DNA of 64,000 nt from an uncultured virus (IMG/VR IMGVR_UViG_3300025305_000013) (lineage: Duplodnaviria > Heunggongvirae > Uroviricota > Caudoviricetes), in the IMG/VR virus record IMGVR_UViG_3300025305_000013; one strand, given 5' to 3'. Both the position numbers and the translations under genes were made by a program. Shown here piece by piece: positions 25,057 through 35,383 of this stretch. Each line of letters starts with the position of its first letter. Positions within the stretch are counted from its first letter, which is position 1. The notes beneath the pieces are model-generated. The model was not told where the DNA came from. It saw nothing but the letters and a program-made list of their open reading frames with translations, and did not search any database.

Positions 25057-26210
25057 GTTGGTAGGATGCCGACAAGACCACCTAGATTTCTTCTTGTTCT
25101 TGCAGCACTCGCTGCAGGCATTGATTGTCTACCTAATGCCCCTCGAAGTTCTTCAATTTGTTGTTGTAAATTAGTTGGGTCAAATCCTGGAATTTTTCTA
25201 TTCTCTAGAGCACCCAACCTCGCTTGAAGATCACTCGGATCAAACCCTGGAATTTTTCTATTCTCTAGAGCACCTAGCCGCCTTTGAAGACCACTCGGAT
25301 CAAACGTAGGAATTTCTCTATTCTCTAGAGCACCTAGCCGCCCTTGAAGATCACTCGGATCAAACCCTGGAATTTTTCTATTCTCTAGAGCACCTAGCCG
25401 CCTTTGAAGAGCACTCGGGTCAAATCCACCTCTATTCTCTAGAGCACCTAGCCGCCCTTGAAGACCACTCGGATCAAATCCACCTCTATTCTCTAGAGCA
25501 CCTAACCGCCTTTGAAGACCACTCGGATCAAATCCTGGAATTTCTCTATTCTCTAGAGCATCTAACCTCGCTTGAAGACCACTCGGATCAAATGCAGGAG
25601 GAGCTACTGTCTCCTCTCCGGCTTCTAATAAAGAAGGAGGAGCCCATCTAAGGGGAATTCCCTCTATCCCAAAACCGCCGGCAGCCGGTGGTCCGGGTCC
25701 AAGATCATCCTTAAAAATGAAGTGTTTCTCCTGATCTAAAAGCGAGTCAATATAATCCCTATCTCCAGAGATTGAGTCAATAAAGTCTCTATCAGAGAAA
25801 TCATTATGTTCTGATATATAAGCAGATTCAGGTAGACCATGTGCCTGGGCTACTACCGTATAATCATTTAGCGTTTCTTGACGTGGAGTCGTCGATGCTG
25901 GATATACTGGATATGAAGGTGGACGTGGGTTAGCCCCGACGCCACCGCCACCACCGTCGTCTGAAGGTGGAGATAAGAACCTTCGGTAAGTCTCCCTTTG
26001 CATCTCCATTAATTTTTCTCTATCGGCTTGCCCACCGGGGTCTGTTCTTGGGGGATTAACTAAAGAAGCTATCCCCGGAGCACGGTCATACATCCTTGCT
26101 AAATGATCTCCCAGAGGACTAGGGCTAGGTCTAGGGGGTCTTTTATTTGGGGGGACTTGAATTGGTCGCGGTGGCGGCAGCGAAGGATTTCTTCCAGTAT
26201 ATAAAGCCAT
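25053..26210 (-). CDS. Pro-rich virion-associated protein with tandem coiled-coil repeats
   Basis: Seven FDPSGLQxRLGALENR(KIPG/GG) repeats plus one partial; last gene of late operon. Confidence 0.7.
   Translation of the reverse strand: MALYTGRNPSLPPPRPIQVPPNKRPPRPSPSPLGDHLARMYDRAPGIASLVNPPRTDPGGQADREKLMEMQRETYRRFLSPPSDDGGGGGVGANPRPPSYPVYPASTTPRQETLNDYTVVAQAHGLPESAYISEHNDFSDRDFIDSISGDRDYIDSLLDQEKHFIFKDDLGPGPPAAGGFGIEGIPLRWAPPSLLEAGEETVAPPAFDPSGLQARLDALENREIPGFDPSGLQRRLGALENRGGFDPSGLQGRLGALENRGGFDPSALQRRLGALENRKIPGFDPSDLQGRLGALENREIPTFDPSGLQRRLGALENRKIPGFDPSDLQARLGALENRKIPGFDPTNLQQQIEELRGALGRQSMPAASAARTRRNLGGLVGILPT
25176..25592. repeat. coding tandem repeat of 54- and 60-bp units
   Basis: TTCTCTAGAGCACC recurs at 60-nt then 54-nt spacing. 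Confidence 0.9.
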
Positions 26211-29200
26211 TTATCCATCCATCCTATATTTTAGCGGCATACCTAGATTCTTAACCACATGACCACCATATCTAAAAGTTCTATTGAGACCACCTAAGTC
26301 TTCATCAAACTGACGTTCTTGCCATCCCGGAATACCCATGTGGAGAGTTTGTTCTGGTTCAGTACCTGTGTACTCTCGTCCCGCTTCTTTTTCTCGGGGG
26401 GTATCAACCTCTTCTCTATAAAATATCCTTCCTATTTCTCTTACTACTGCTCTTGTAACTGGATTTTTTTGCCACTTATCTTGCATAATAACATTGTATA
26501 ATTTATCTGGATCTGATAAAAGTTCTAATTGTCTTCTTGATGCGTTACCACCATAAATAGTTTTAACAGCAGTCATTACACGACCGGGAGTTGTAAATAT
26601 ACCAACGTAAGCTCTTGCCAAAGAGGTTAAACTTCTTAGTATAAACTGATCTTCTTTAGAAAGTTGAGCTGGGCCTAGATCATCATAGGGTTTTATCTTT
26701 GCAGCTATATTAGATAATTGGCTTCTAAATTTTGTACCGAACCAAATTTCCATGGCATCGCCATGATCATCTAAATATTGTTCTATCTTCCCTCCATTAA
26801 ATGTAGCTTCATTTAATGCGCCCTTTGATTGTGTTTTCTCCATCATATCTCGAAAGATATAGGCTTTATAAGAGTCTATGAGTTCTTGATTATTAGAATC
26901 AGAGACTGCTTCAAATAATTCTCTGGTGGAGGTTATTTTTCCTGGTCCCCAAGTTAGGTTGAAAACTTTTTCTTTTTCTTTTAGATCTACGATATTTGTT
27001 AAGGTAGTAGATCTAGCTAGTGCATCTCTAGTTTTTGTTAAAGCTATTTCATTTTGCTTATAGGATTTAATGAAGGCTTCGGCACTATCAAACTGGGCTA
27101 TTTCATCTTCTGTAAAGAATTTTCGAATAACATCGCCGTTTTTATCCATAAAGTTTTTGTAAGCCTGCACTGATCTAGGCTTTAATACTCCACCTTGTTC
27201 AGTAACAACTTTATTCATAAATTCATTGCGTAGACCTGCCCTCAGACCTAGTAGCCCAGTTGTATTTTCTGGATCTAATAGAACACTATCAATAAACTCA
27301 GGTGAGTTTAACGTACCGTCGGAATTTCTAGTTATGTTGGATCGTAAGAAATCAACAAATCCTTCATACGCTTGTCTATCTCCCTGAACATACTTGTCCG
27401 CACTGACGCTTTGAAGAGCCAGCATATTTTTCACTAAGCGATTCTTATAGTTTTCTTGGAATTCTCTATATAAGGTTTCAGCCGCTTCAAATTCAGCCGC
27501 TGCTCCTGGGTGACCTCTTTGTTCTAGTGCGTTTCTGCGGATAGTTAGCATGCTATCTCGTATTTTTACCAAGTCGTCTGTGTTTCTACCTCGAGCCCGT
27601 TGTTCGTTTATGATTGATCTTAATCTACTTAAATCTCTTGTAAAAACTTCGTGAGATTTCATGTTACCTTGAGAAATAGACTCTAAAATTCCCTGAAGTC
27701 TATTGGCTTCTGTTGAATCAGGGAGGCCTTGCTCCCTGATAATTTTAGCTATGCTTTTTACAGGGTTTTCTAAGGTGCTGTAATTATAGGGCTTGAGTCT
27801 TCTATCGCCAAAACCTGATTTTTTTGCGATGTCATCGTAGGCAGTATCTACGGCTTGAGATGCCCTATTACTTGCGAGTTTCCATGTCGTCCTTATACTT
27901 TGGCCTGCGGTTGCAGCAGAAACACCTCCTTCTCCAAGTTCTCTAAAAATAGCGTCTGACGAATTTGCTAAATCTGTAAGTGCTTTTTCAGCCTGTTGCA
28001 TTCTAGGATTAGTTTCTAAGGCTTGTCTTGCAGCTTCACTAAAGTCCATTCCTCTGGCTGCTCTAGCACCGGGACCGGCTTCTGCCGCTGCTAAACTTGG
28101 TGGTATACCTTCTCTTTCATATATAGATCTTACGGCTGCTGTTTTTCCTTTTTCTTGTCTAGCAAATAATTGTCTAAGATACTCCCCAGCTGGTGAGTCT
28201 GTGCCAGCTTCTGAACGTAAGTATTGCTCAAGTCCTACTGCATCAGTTTTTTTAATCGGTACACCCGAGTCCGCGGCCCCCAGCATAACTTGAGGGACAG
28301 TTTGATCTAATAACTGTCCTCCCTGCACGGCAGCAACATCTTCAGCTACTTCCTGCTGGGCATTAAAATCTGATGCTCCTCTTGGCGGTTGTACTGTCTG
28401 TATTTCACTAGGATCTGTTGATCCTAATGGTCTCACGGTGGTAGCTTGTGGGTTGTTGACTCGTGCCTTTTCATATGCTGCTACAAATTCATCTTCATCT
28501 ACTGGAAATGCTTTTCCTGGGCTGCTAATTCTAAATGCCCATTTTGCTACTTTAAATAGGGGGATGGCCCCTAAACCCCACGCTGCGGTATTAACTGCTT
28601 CATCCACGGCTTCATCCACTATATTATATCCCGGTGGGAGGAAACCTCGATCTTTTAGCCCTTGTAAATTCATTAGTCTCCAGACTAAAGTTCCTACAGT
28701 TTCTCCCACTAAAACACCACCCCCAGTTCCTATTACAGTACCTGTTAAACTGCCTAGAGCACCCCCAGCTACAGCACCTGCTACTTCAGCAGAGATAGGC
28801 TCAGCAAGAGCTGCAAAATCAGCCCATTGCATTCCCGGAGGATTTATAATAGTGGGTTTATTATTGTTTAATGGATCGTTAAAGATTAACTTGTCAACAT
28901 GTGGATCGTATCTGACCCTATAATCATAAGTACGCGGTATATCATACTCTTCGGCATAAAGTGTTTGTATAACCCTTTGTGCCCAGTATGGATCCTCTGC
29001 AACCTCTGTAGGTAACTGAGAAATTATTTTATTGGCATCATTACCTGCGCCACCTGTAAAATCCACCCCTGTGTATTTAGATTTAACTTCGGGGCGAGCT
29101 GTTGGTAAATAATTTTCTACAAAAAATGGATCGTTCGCTAATATTCCTTTTTCAATTGCAGCTTCTTCTGCAGCCCTATTCGACATATAGTCTGCAAGAG

Positions 29201-29396
29201 GGGCAACCCAGTGTTGACCAGGAGTAGGAGGACGTTCAGTATAGCCAAATTCCCCAAGTTTGGAGAGTCTTTCTTGTTCTGCTGTTTGTTGTTGCGTTTG
29301 TTGCGCTTGATCTCTACCAGCTTGTCTTAGCCTTTCAGCTGCTATCTCATCAAGTATTGATGTAAGATCTACTATATCTTCATTGCCATTTGACAT
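26211..29396 (-). CDS. large internal virion / DNA ejection protein
   Basis: 1061 aa, helical, Gly-rich hydrophobic segment; position after tail genes. Confidence 0.6.
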   Translation of the reverse strand: MSNGNEDIVDLTSILDEIAAERLRQAGRDQAQQTQQQTAEQERLSKLGEFGYTERPPTPGQHWVAPLADYMSNRAAEEAAIEKGILANDPFFVENYLPTARPEVKSKYTGVDFTGGAGNDANKIISQLPTEVAEDPYWAQRVIQTLYAEEYDIPRTYDYRVRYDPHVDKLIFNDPLNNNKPTIINPPGMQWADFAALAEPISAEVAGAVAGGALGSLTGTVIGTGGGVLVGETVGTLVWRLMNLQGLKDRGFLPPGYNIVDEAVDEAVNTAAWGLGAIPLFKVAKWAFRISSPGKAFPVDEDEFVAAYEKARVNNPQATTVRPLGSTDPSEIQTVQPPRGASDFNAQQEVAEDVAAVQGGQLLDQTVPQVMLGAADSGVPIKKTDAVGLEQYLRSEAGTDSPAGEYLRQLFARQEKGKTAAVRSIYEREGIPPSLAAAEAGPGARAARGMDFSEAARQALETNPRMQQAEKALTDLANSSDAIFRELGEGGVSAATAGQSIRTTWKLASNRASQAVDTAYDDIAKKSGFGDRRLKPYNYSTLENPVKSIAKIIREQGLPDSTEANRLQGILESISQGNMKSHEVFTRDLSRLRSIINEQRARGRNTDDLVKIRDSMLTIRRNALEQRGHPGAAAEFEAAETLYREFQENYKNRLVKNMLALQSVSADKYVQGDRQAYEGFVDFLRSNITRNSDGTLNSPEFIDSVLLDPENTTGLLGLRAGLRNEFMNKVVTEQGGVLKPRSVQAYKNFMDKNGDVIRKFFTEDEIAQFDSAEAFIKSYKQNEIALTKTRDALARSTTLTNIVDLKEKEKVFNLTWGPGKITSTRELFEAVSDSNNQELIDSYKAYIFRDMMEKTQSKGALNEATFNGGKIEQYLDDHGDAMEIWFGTKFRSQLSNIAAKIKPYDDLGPAQLSKEDQFILRSLTSLARAYVGIFTTPGRVMTAVKTIYGGNASRRQLELLSDPDKLYNVIMQDKWQKNPVTRAVVREIGRIFYREEVDTPREKEAGREYTGTEPEQTLHMGIPGWQERQFDEDLGGLNRTFRYGGHVVKNLGMPLKYRMDG

Positions 29397-29398
29397 TA

Positions 29399-31945
29399 TT
29401 ATAAACCGCCGCGGTCATAAATGTACTTGTCTAAAGCGTTAAACTGCTCATTTGTCAAGTCCTCCAAAAGCCGTTGTGTGTGTTCATCTCGGGCGCGTCT
29501 GTCGAGACTCTTTAAATACTGATAGGTTTGAAGAAAAGTTCTATTCCCATCTCCTGATAACTTGTCATCGAGAGGACGCGGTTCAAGTGTAGGTCCATCT
29601 ACCGCAACACTTGGAGATACACCCCCCACTGTGCCTGGCAGTTGTCTTCTAGTTTCTAATCTTCGCCTTCTTTCACCTATGGTTTCTTTACCTTGTGTGG
29701 GGACATAGTCGTTATCCGCATCTATTATGCCTCGAAACCGATATTCTAAAGCACGGACGCTACCGTCGCCGTCTGGATTTGGCATCATTGTTGGACTAAG
29801 CCTGACTTGATTATCCGCTAGTTTATCAACATAGTCTATGGCGTTAAATTCAAGATTATCGAGTAAAACCAGTAGTTCGTCTTCTGAAGTAGCGTTGGCA
29901 CCTGCCCTAGTTAAGAATCGTTCAATATCCTTGTCGGAAATATCCCGTCCCTTTTGCCCTTCTAGCATGGCGCTAGTTAAAGCAAGTTGAAAAATTAAGT
30001 TATTAACCTCTACTCTTCTTAATCCTGTATCAAGTAAAAATTTACCAAGATTCGACTCAGAAAAACGGTCCCCATATTTCTTTTGAAAGGAGTCATAGGA
30101 AAGAGTCCTATCTGTTTGGGGATCATATAGTCCATCTTCTTTGTTACTTATATAAAAATTCCATTGTTTTGTTGGGTCAGAAAAAACTTTGCTAAGCTGG
30201 TTAACTTCATTAATAATTCTTCTACCAACTAAGCCAGCTTGCCCACCAGTACCCCACAATAATGTACCACTCTCACTTCTGGCCGCTCCCACAGCAGATC
30301 GTATCTCATCTATTGTGGTAAGAACTCTATTTCTATTAAAATTAGCGTTTGTGTATAATTCTTGGAATCTTCCTATTTCTCTTTGGGCTCCTCTTACACC
30401 CACAGCACCAAATACCTGACTAGCGGGACCAATCATTGGATTACCGTTAATATCCGTAGCATAGCCTATCATTTCTTCCACAGGCACATACCTACCAGTT
30501 CCTGCAGCCCTATCTGCATCAACGGCTGAGCGAGATACAAATACATTTCTGTTGGTCGTCGTATCGAGGGCTTTCATTGTATTGTTTGGAGTTGCGGCGA
30601 ATACTTCTTTACCGTCCCTTTGAAGTCTTTGAGCGTCTTCTGGCAAAATCATTTTATTAACGCCGTTTATGTTATAGAGCTTCAAATCGCCGGTTCTGTC
30701 TCCTACTGTTACATTTTCCCACAGCCCTGAATCTCTTTGCTTTAGAGCTTCGGTGTCGGTGAGTCCTTGAACCATCATGTTACCAGCGGCATCAGTTACT
30801 GTGAAATTCTTTAGGACTCCGTGCCTCTCCGCGTTCCACTCGTCAAGTATGACAGGTACACCCGGCCCCGGGCCCATGTTCCTAATTGCAAGTAGTTCTG
30901 CATCGGTAAAGGGTACTGGAAGATTTTGTCCTTTTACTTTATAAAATTTGGCATTTGCTTTTAACATCGAGTTAGCGAACGCTTGTTGTTGTTCACGGTC
31001 TCCTAGAAACATTTGAGTTGCCAACTCTTGAGCTGCTTTTTTCTTTCCTATTTCAAGACCGAGTATTTGTTTTTCATAGTCTTGTTCTTCTTTTTTAGAA
31101 GACATGGTATATTGTAAAAATGCATTAGACAAGGCTTCTCCCCATGTATCTCCTTCGTTACCCGCTTGAATCAAGGCAGCGCCAGCAATCATAAATGGAA
31201 GTGATTTATCGGGCTGGGGAATTAATTCTTTTAAATCATCTGTGTCATAGAATATTTCTGCTGCTCTTTTATATACTTCTAATCGACTCTTTACATCATC
31301 TGTATTATCTAGGTCAAATTCTTGATCTATTTCGCCTGCTGTTCTTAGAGTGTCTATTGCATCTTTATCCCCTGCTCCTCGTGCAATAGCGCCAGCAAGA
31401 TTAGCGGCCGAAACTTTTAGACCGAGGTTATTAGGGTCGTTATCTAATACCTGGTTTTCGGCTTCAGTTCTATCAGCGCCGAGGTTTGTTATAGCTTCGT
31501 GGAGTTGCAATTCAGTTAAATATTCTTTGGGTTCTGCAAGACCGCCTCTTACATTTGCAGCTATATCAGCCGCGGTAGTACCTAGATCTACAAAATCAGG
31601 AGCGGCAGCGTCAGTAGGAGCAGGAAGAAGAGACTCTATACCGCCATCAATAGATGGCACATCAGTAGGTGGCGGTTCTTGACCAAATTGTCCTCCCGGC
31701 AAAAAAGAACCACGGTCCCCGGTCCCAAGAGCAACTTGCATCGCCACCTGATCTTGAGGAAAACCTGTGAGTTCAGCTATTTCATGTACCGCTAATCCCC
31801 CCTGATGAAGCCTCATAATTGCCTGTTCTGGTGTTTCATTAGGGTGAGCCGTATTCATATTTTGACTGGTAATTTGTCCACCAAACGGATTATTAGGGTC
31901 ACCAGTAATAGTCACCATTCCGGGGTCAGGGTAGGGAAGTGCCAT
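29399..31945 (-). CDS. putative internal virion / ejection protein
   Basis: 848 aa in ejection cluster; GRDISDKDIE motif. Confidence 0.55.
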   Translation of the reverse strand: MALPYPDPGMVTITGDPNNPFGGQITSQNMNTAHPNETPEQAIMRLHQGGLAVHEIAELTGFPQDQVAMQVALGTGDRGSFLPGGQFGQEPPPTDVPSIDGGIESLLPAPTDAAAPDFVDLGTTAADIAANVRGGLAEPKEYLTELQLHEAITNLGADRTEAENQVLDNDPNNLGLKVSAANLAGAIARGAGDKDAIDTLRTAGEIDQEFDLDNTDDVKSRLEVYKRAAEIFYDTDDLKELIPQPDKSLPFMIAGAALIQAGNEGDTWGEALSNAFLQYTMSSKKEEQDYEKQILGLEIGKKKAAQELATQMFLGDREQQQAFANSMLKANAKFYKVKGQNLPVPFTDAELLAIRNMGPGPGVPVILDEWNAERHGVLKNFTVTDAAGNMMVQGLTDTEALKQRDSGLWENVTVGDRTGDLKLYNINGVNKMILPEDAQRLQRDGKEVFAATPNNTMKALDTTTNRNVFVSRSAVDADRAAGTGRYVPVEEMIGYATDINGNPMIGPASQVFGAVGVRGAQREIGRFQELYTNANFNRNRVLTTIDEIRSAVGAARSESGTLLWGTGGQAGLVGRRIINEVNQLSKVFSDPTKQWNFYISNKEDGLYDPQTDRTLSYDSFQKKYGDRFSESNLGKFLLDTGLRRVEVNNLIFQLALTSAMLEGQKGRDISDKDIERFLTRAGANATSEDELLVLLDNLEFNAIDYVDKLADNQVRLSPTMMPNPDGDGSVRALEYRFRGIIDADNDYVPTQGKETIGERRRRLETRRQLPGTVGGVSPSVAVDGPTLEPRPLDDKLSGDGNRTFLQTYQYLKSLDRRARDEHTQRLLEDLTNEQFNALDKYIYDRGGL

Positions 31946-33556
31946 TTATCTTACTCCCATGCCCATACCGCGCCCGCGCTGTTGACTTGTTAAATACGGA
32001 TTCGGCGGGGATAAGCCTGCAGTGCCTCCCGCCTGTGGGTTAAGCTGCAAATTTGTCGGCGGTCCCTGGTGTACCCCGCCCGTGGCTGTGCTGCCACTTG
32101 GATTATTAAATGCTCCGTATGCTGTGAGTGCTGTTCCTGCCGCTTGCATAAGTGGATTAGTTTGCTGTCCTGTGGTCTTCTGCTGTAAAGTTGTACCACC
32201 CATCGCCGGAGACCAACCCGTAGCCATATCGCCTACCTGCCCGAGCGTTTGCATCGGTAGATTATACTGACCTACGAAATTACCGTAACCTAAGTCTAAT
32301 CCACGTTGGTCCATTCCACGTTGCATACCGCCTATACCCATCATTCTATTAATATCCGTTCCCAATAGCTGACTAGCGCCATAACCAAGCCCGGACATCT
32401 GTTGTCCTGCCCCCATGCCAAGTTGTCCTAACTGAGCCCCAGCTCCAAAGACATCTCCTGCCGCCCCGCCATAAATATTGGCTAAATTACCGCCAAGACT
32501 ACCTATTCCTCCAGCAGTAGTGCCGTACATCCCGGCTAAATTACTACCGAGACCAGCAATTTGAGTTCCCATACCCGCTCTTTGACCAGCTATTGTACCT
32601 AGCCTAGCACCGATATCAGATTGTTGAGCACCAAGCCCCGCCAGTAGGTTTGCTTGATTTGCTTGACGTGCTTGTTGTGATTCAAATGCTGCTTGTGCTC
32701 TGCGTGCTGCGTCTTGATAACCCCCCGCCCGTATAGCGCCAACTTGTTGGGTGGCACCTCTAGCTGCGGCTTCTGCGAGTTCCTGTCCGGCTAACCGGCT
32801 CCTAGAACCGCCAAACGCCCCTGCGCCAATTTCTCCAGCTCTGCGCGCAATATCGCCCTGAGCTAAACCTTTACGCACGTCCTCCATAGTTTGTTGAACG
32901 ACTTGTTCTTCATAAGGATTATAAAAATCAGACACCCCCCCATAACCCCCAGTAGGAGGAGTACCACCAGGCCCACCAAGTATCCCCGCAGAACCGCCGG
33001 GAGAAAACATACCAGTTGCCCCATAACCGGTTCCGGCAGCTTGACTGAGCCTACCGAGTCCTCCACCCGTTACATCTCTGGCTCCTCTAAGTTCTCTGCC
33101 GGATGCGTCTATTTGTCCCATTCCTGCTTGAGTAGCCTGTCCAGCTATTCCCGGGGCTTGTCTAAGCAACCCCATTGCTTCTTCGGTACTCATTTCGCCA
33201 GCTTGAACTGCTTGATCTATTAAATTACGAGTATCTCCATAAGCATCAGTCACTGCTCCTAGGCCACTTTCCGTCAATTGTTCTCCTCTTTGAAAGTACG
33301 GTAAATAGGAACCCATGCCTTCCGCAGTCATTCTCATTGCTTCTCTTTCTGCGGGAGCAAAATCTGCTATACGTTCACCAGAGTAAGTGTATGGATTTGC
33401 TCCCTCTACACCGAACCCCATCATTCGGTTAACAAGCTCTTGATTCAATAGAGGCATGATTCCTGGAACATTTGTTCCGGGAGCGCCACTATAAAATTGT
33501 GCTAGATAATTTGGTGGGAATTGTTCTTCCCGTAGATATTCACGTTCAGTTGCCAT
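31946..33556 (-). CDS. Gly/Ala/Gln-rich ejection (pilot-like) protein
   Basis: NPYEEQVV, GAFGGSR motifs; G/A/Q-rich helical repeats. Confidence 0.65.
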   Translation of the reverse strand: MATEREYLREEQFPPNYLAQFYSGAPGTNVPGIMPLLNQELVNRMMGFGVEGANPYTYSGERIADFAPAEREAMRMTAEGMGSYLPYFQRGEQLTESGLGAVTDAYGDTRNLIDQAVQAGEMSTEEAMGLLRQAPGIAGQATQAGMGQIDASGRELRGARDVTGGGLGRLSQAAGTGYGATGMFSPGGSAGILGGPGGTPPTGGYGGVSDFYNPYEEQVVQQTMEDVRKGLAQGDIARRAGEIGAGAFGGSRSRLAGQELAEAAARGATQQVGAIRAGGYQDAARRAQAAFESQQARQANQANLLAGLGAQQSDIGARLGTIAGQRAGMGTQIAGLGSNLAGMYGTTAGGIGSLGGNLANIYGGAAGDVFGAGAQLGQLGMGAGQQMSGLGYGASQLLGTDINRMMGIGGMQRGMDQRGLDLGYGNFVGQYNLPMQTLGQVGDMATGWSPAMGGTTLQQKTTGQQTNPLMQAAGTALTAYGAFNNPSGSTATGGVHQGPPTNLQLNPQAGGTAGLSPPNPYLTSQQRGRGMGMGVR

Positions 33557-34989
33557 TATGCTCTCCCTATCCCCAGTCCTTTAGCTTTATTTTCATTGGT
33601 TTGCATCATGGTATATAAATGTTCTATTCCTTGTTTATGATCACCATCCCCCATCCCCATTACGCTCTGTTTAGTCATCACAAATTCTCCATCGCTTAAC
33701 ATGGCCGGTACATCGTCTGATGTTCCTGTACCGGGACCATACGACGCACCACCGCCTCGTAGATCTAATTCGTAGATGGGTCCTCCGTGCTTAGCACGAG
33801 TTCTTTTAAACTCAGGGAACATCAAATCGCTGTATTCTTCATCATCTAAGGTTTCTCTTAAAAAGGCAGCTGTAGCTGGGTCTAATGTTTCACCATCGCT
33901 TAAGATGGGTCCTCCGTTCTTAGCATAAGTTCTTTTAAATTCAGGGAACATCAAATCGCTGTATTCTTCATCATCTAAGGTTTCTCTTAAAAAGGCAGCT
34001 GTAGCTGGGTCTAATGTTTCACCACCAACTATCCCTGCTCCTGTGGGCAACATTGACCCCGGACCACCGGCCCCTACACCTTCTATGCCGTATTGGGTGG
34101 GTAAAGAGGCGGCGGTGAGTGGTCTTTGTAGATAATTGTCGAGTTCTCCGCTGGGGGGAGGCATTTCAGAAGTATCTTCCCCACCTTCAAAACCGCCAAG
34201 AGCTCCTAAACCCATCATTGATGCGGCCATTTTTTGAGGTCCAGACAAATTAGACCATGCATCTCCTATTGATGGAATCTCTTGAGCAACGCTAATAGGT
34301 GGTCCACCGTAAAGCCCCCCAAGAGTTCCAGGGGCAGGCGTAGTTGCCACAGGAGCTCCGAGGGCCTGGGCACCTTTTGCCCCTACATTTTGGAAAAATG
34401 CTCCAACCCCCTCTCCTGCTGCCGGGGTTGCTTCCCATCCCCACATTCCACCTTCACCGGCTGATTTAAATAAAGAACCGATTCCTTGACCAGATTGACC
34501 GCCCTTAAGACCAGCCCCCTGACCCATACTCCCGAGCATATAACCAGTTGCTGCGTGTTTCGCGGCTTGTTTTATATCTCCTCCATATTTTACCGTTGAC
34601 CCAAGAGCACCACCGATTGCTGCTCCTAAAGCTGCAGACCCTCCTGGTCCACCGTATATAAAGCCCACAATCTTACCGATTTCAGGAGCTACTTTTTTGA
34701 GGAATTTACCAATCTTTTTGAAAAAACCAAACTCCGGCACACCTGTGAGCGGATTAATTGAATTTTCAAAATGGCCTACTTGATATTGATTAGGGTTGAG
34801 CTCGTGTCTCTCAAAGGCGTCAAACAACTGTCTTTTTAAGACAGGATCATCCGCTATAGGTCGAGGAAGAACCATCTCTCCCGGAGTGAGATGTCCTATT
34901 GTTGTGTCCCCATAACGACCATGCATAGCTAATGCATAGCGAGCATCAGCTAATTCTTCTAGACTTTGTAATCCTTGGGTATTTTGCAT
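33556..34989 (-). CDS. Gly-rich internal virion protein
   Basis: GRYGDT..HLTPGE, INPLTGVPEF, GPGTGTSDDVPAMLSDGEFVM motifs. Confidence 0.65.
   Translation of the reverse strand: MQNTQGLQSLEELADARYALAMHGRYGDTTIGHLTPGEMVLPRPIADDPVLKRQLFDAFERHELNPNQYQVGHFENSINPLTGVPEFGFFKKIGKFLKKVAPEIGKIVGFIYGGPGGSAALGAAIGGALGSTVKYGGDIKQAAKHAATGYMLGSMGQGAGLKGGQSGQGIGSLFKSAGEGGMWGWEATPAAGEGVGAFFQNVGAKGAQALGAPVATTPAPGTLGGLYGGPPISVAQEIPSIGDAWSNLSGPQKMAASMMGLGALGGFEGGEDTSEMPPPSGELDNYLQRPLTAASLPTQYGIEGVGAGGPGSMLPTGAGIVGGETLDPATAAFLRETLDDEEYSDLMFPEFKRTYAKNGGPILSDGETLDPATAAFLRETLDDEEYSDLMFPEFKRTRAKHGGPIYELDLRGGGASYGPGTGTSDDVPAMLSDGEFVMTKQSVMGMGDGDHKQGIEHLYTMMQTNENKAKGLGIGRA
33774..34024. repeat. 129-bp-period in-frame tandem duplication
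   Basis: GETLDPATAAFLRETLDDEEYSDLMFPEFKRT..K.GGPI twice, near-identical DNA at 33774 and 33903. Confidence 0.9.
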
Positions 34990-35053
34990 GAATTTATCTA
35001 AGTCCCTTGATTAAATAATAGTTTATTTGAACAATGATGTATATTCTTTATGA

Positions 35054-35383
35054 TCATAAAGTTATGGTTGTTGCACCGGCTAACTTAACGGAGACCTCTC
35101 CTACAGAACCCGTTGCAGAAAGCCCATGATCACTTTGAGGAGTAGAAAGTGTTAACCAATAACTCCCACTCCATACTTCTAGCGACTCATTATTTGTATT
35201 CCAAACTAAACTCCCCGGATTAAACTGTAGTTTTGCTTTTTCAGTGTCTTCTATTTGACGTATATTGTCTGGGTCGAATTCACCTAAGTTTATTTCTAAT
35301 ATTCTTACTAGACGATTATACGTGTCTGAACTAACTACCCCGTCTATCTCTTGGGGTAGTTGTGTAACTAATAGCCTACTCAT
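35054..35383 (-). CDS. putative virion protein
   Basis: G.L.WNT..E.LEVWSG..W motif; overlaps the stop of the tail gene. Confidence 0.6.
   Translation of the reverse strand: MSRLLVTQLPQEIDGVVSSDTYNRLVRILEINLGEFDPDNIRQIEDTEKAKLQFNPGSLVWNTNNESLEVWSGSYWLTLSTPQSDHGLSATGSVGEVSVKLAGATTITL

Noticed and set aside
33774..34024. DGR template/variable repeat pair
   Set aside because: The copies are adjacent and in-frame within one gene, and no reverse transcriptase is seen.
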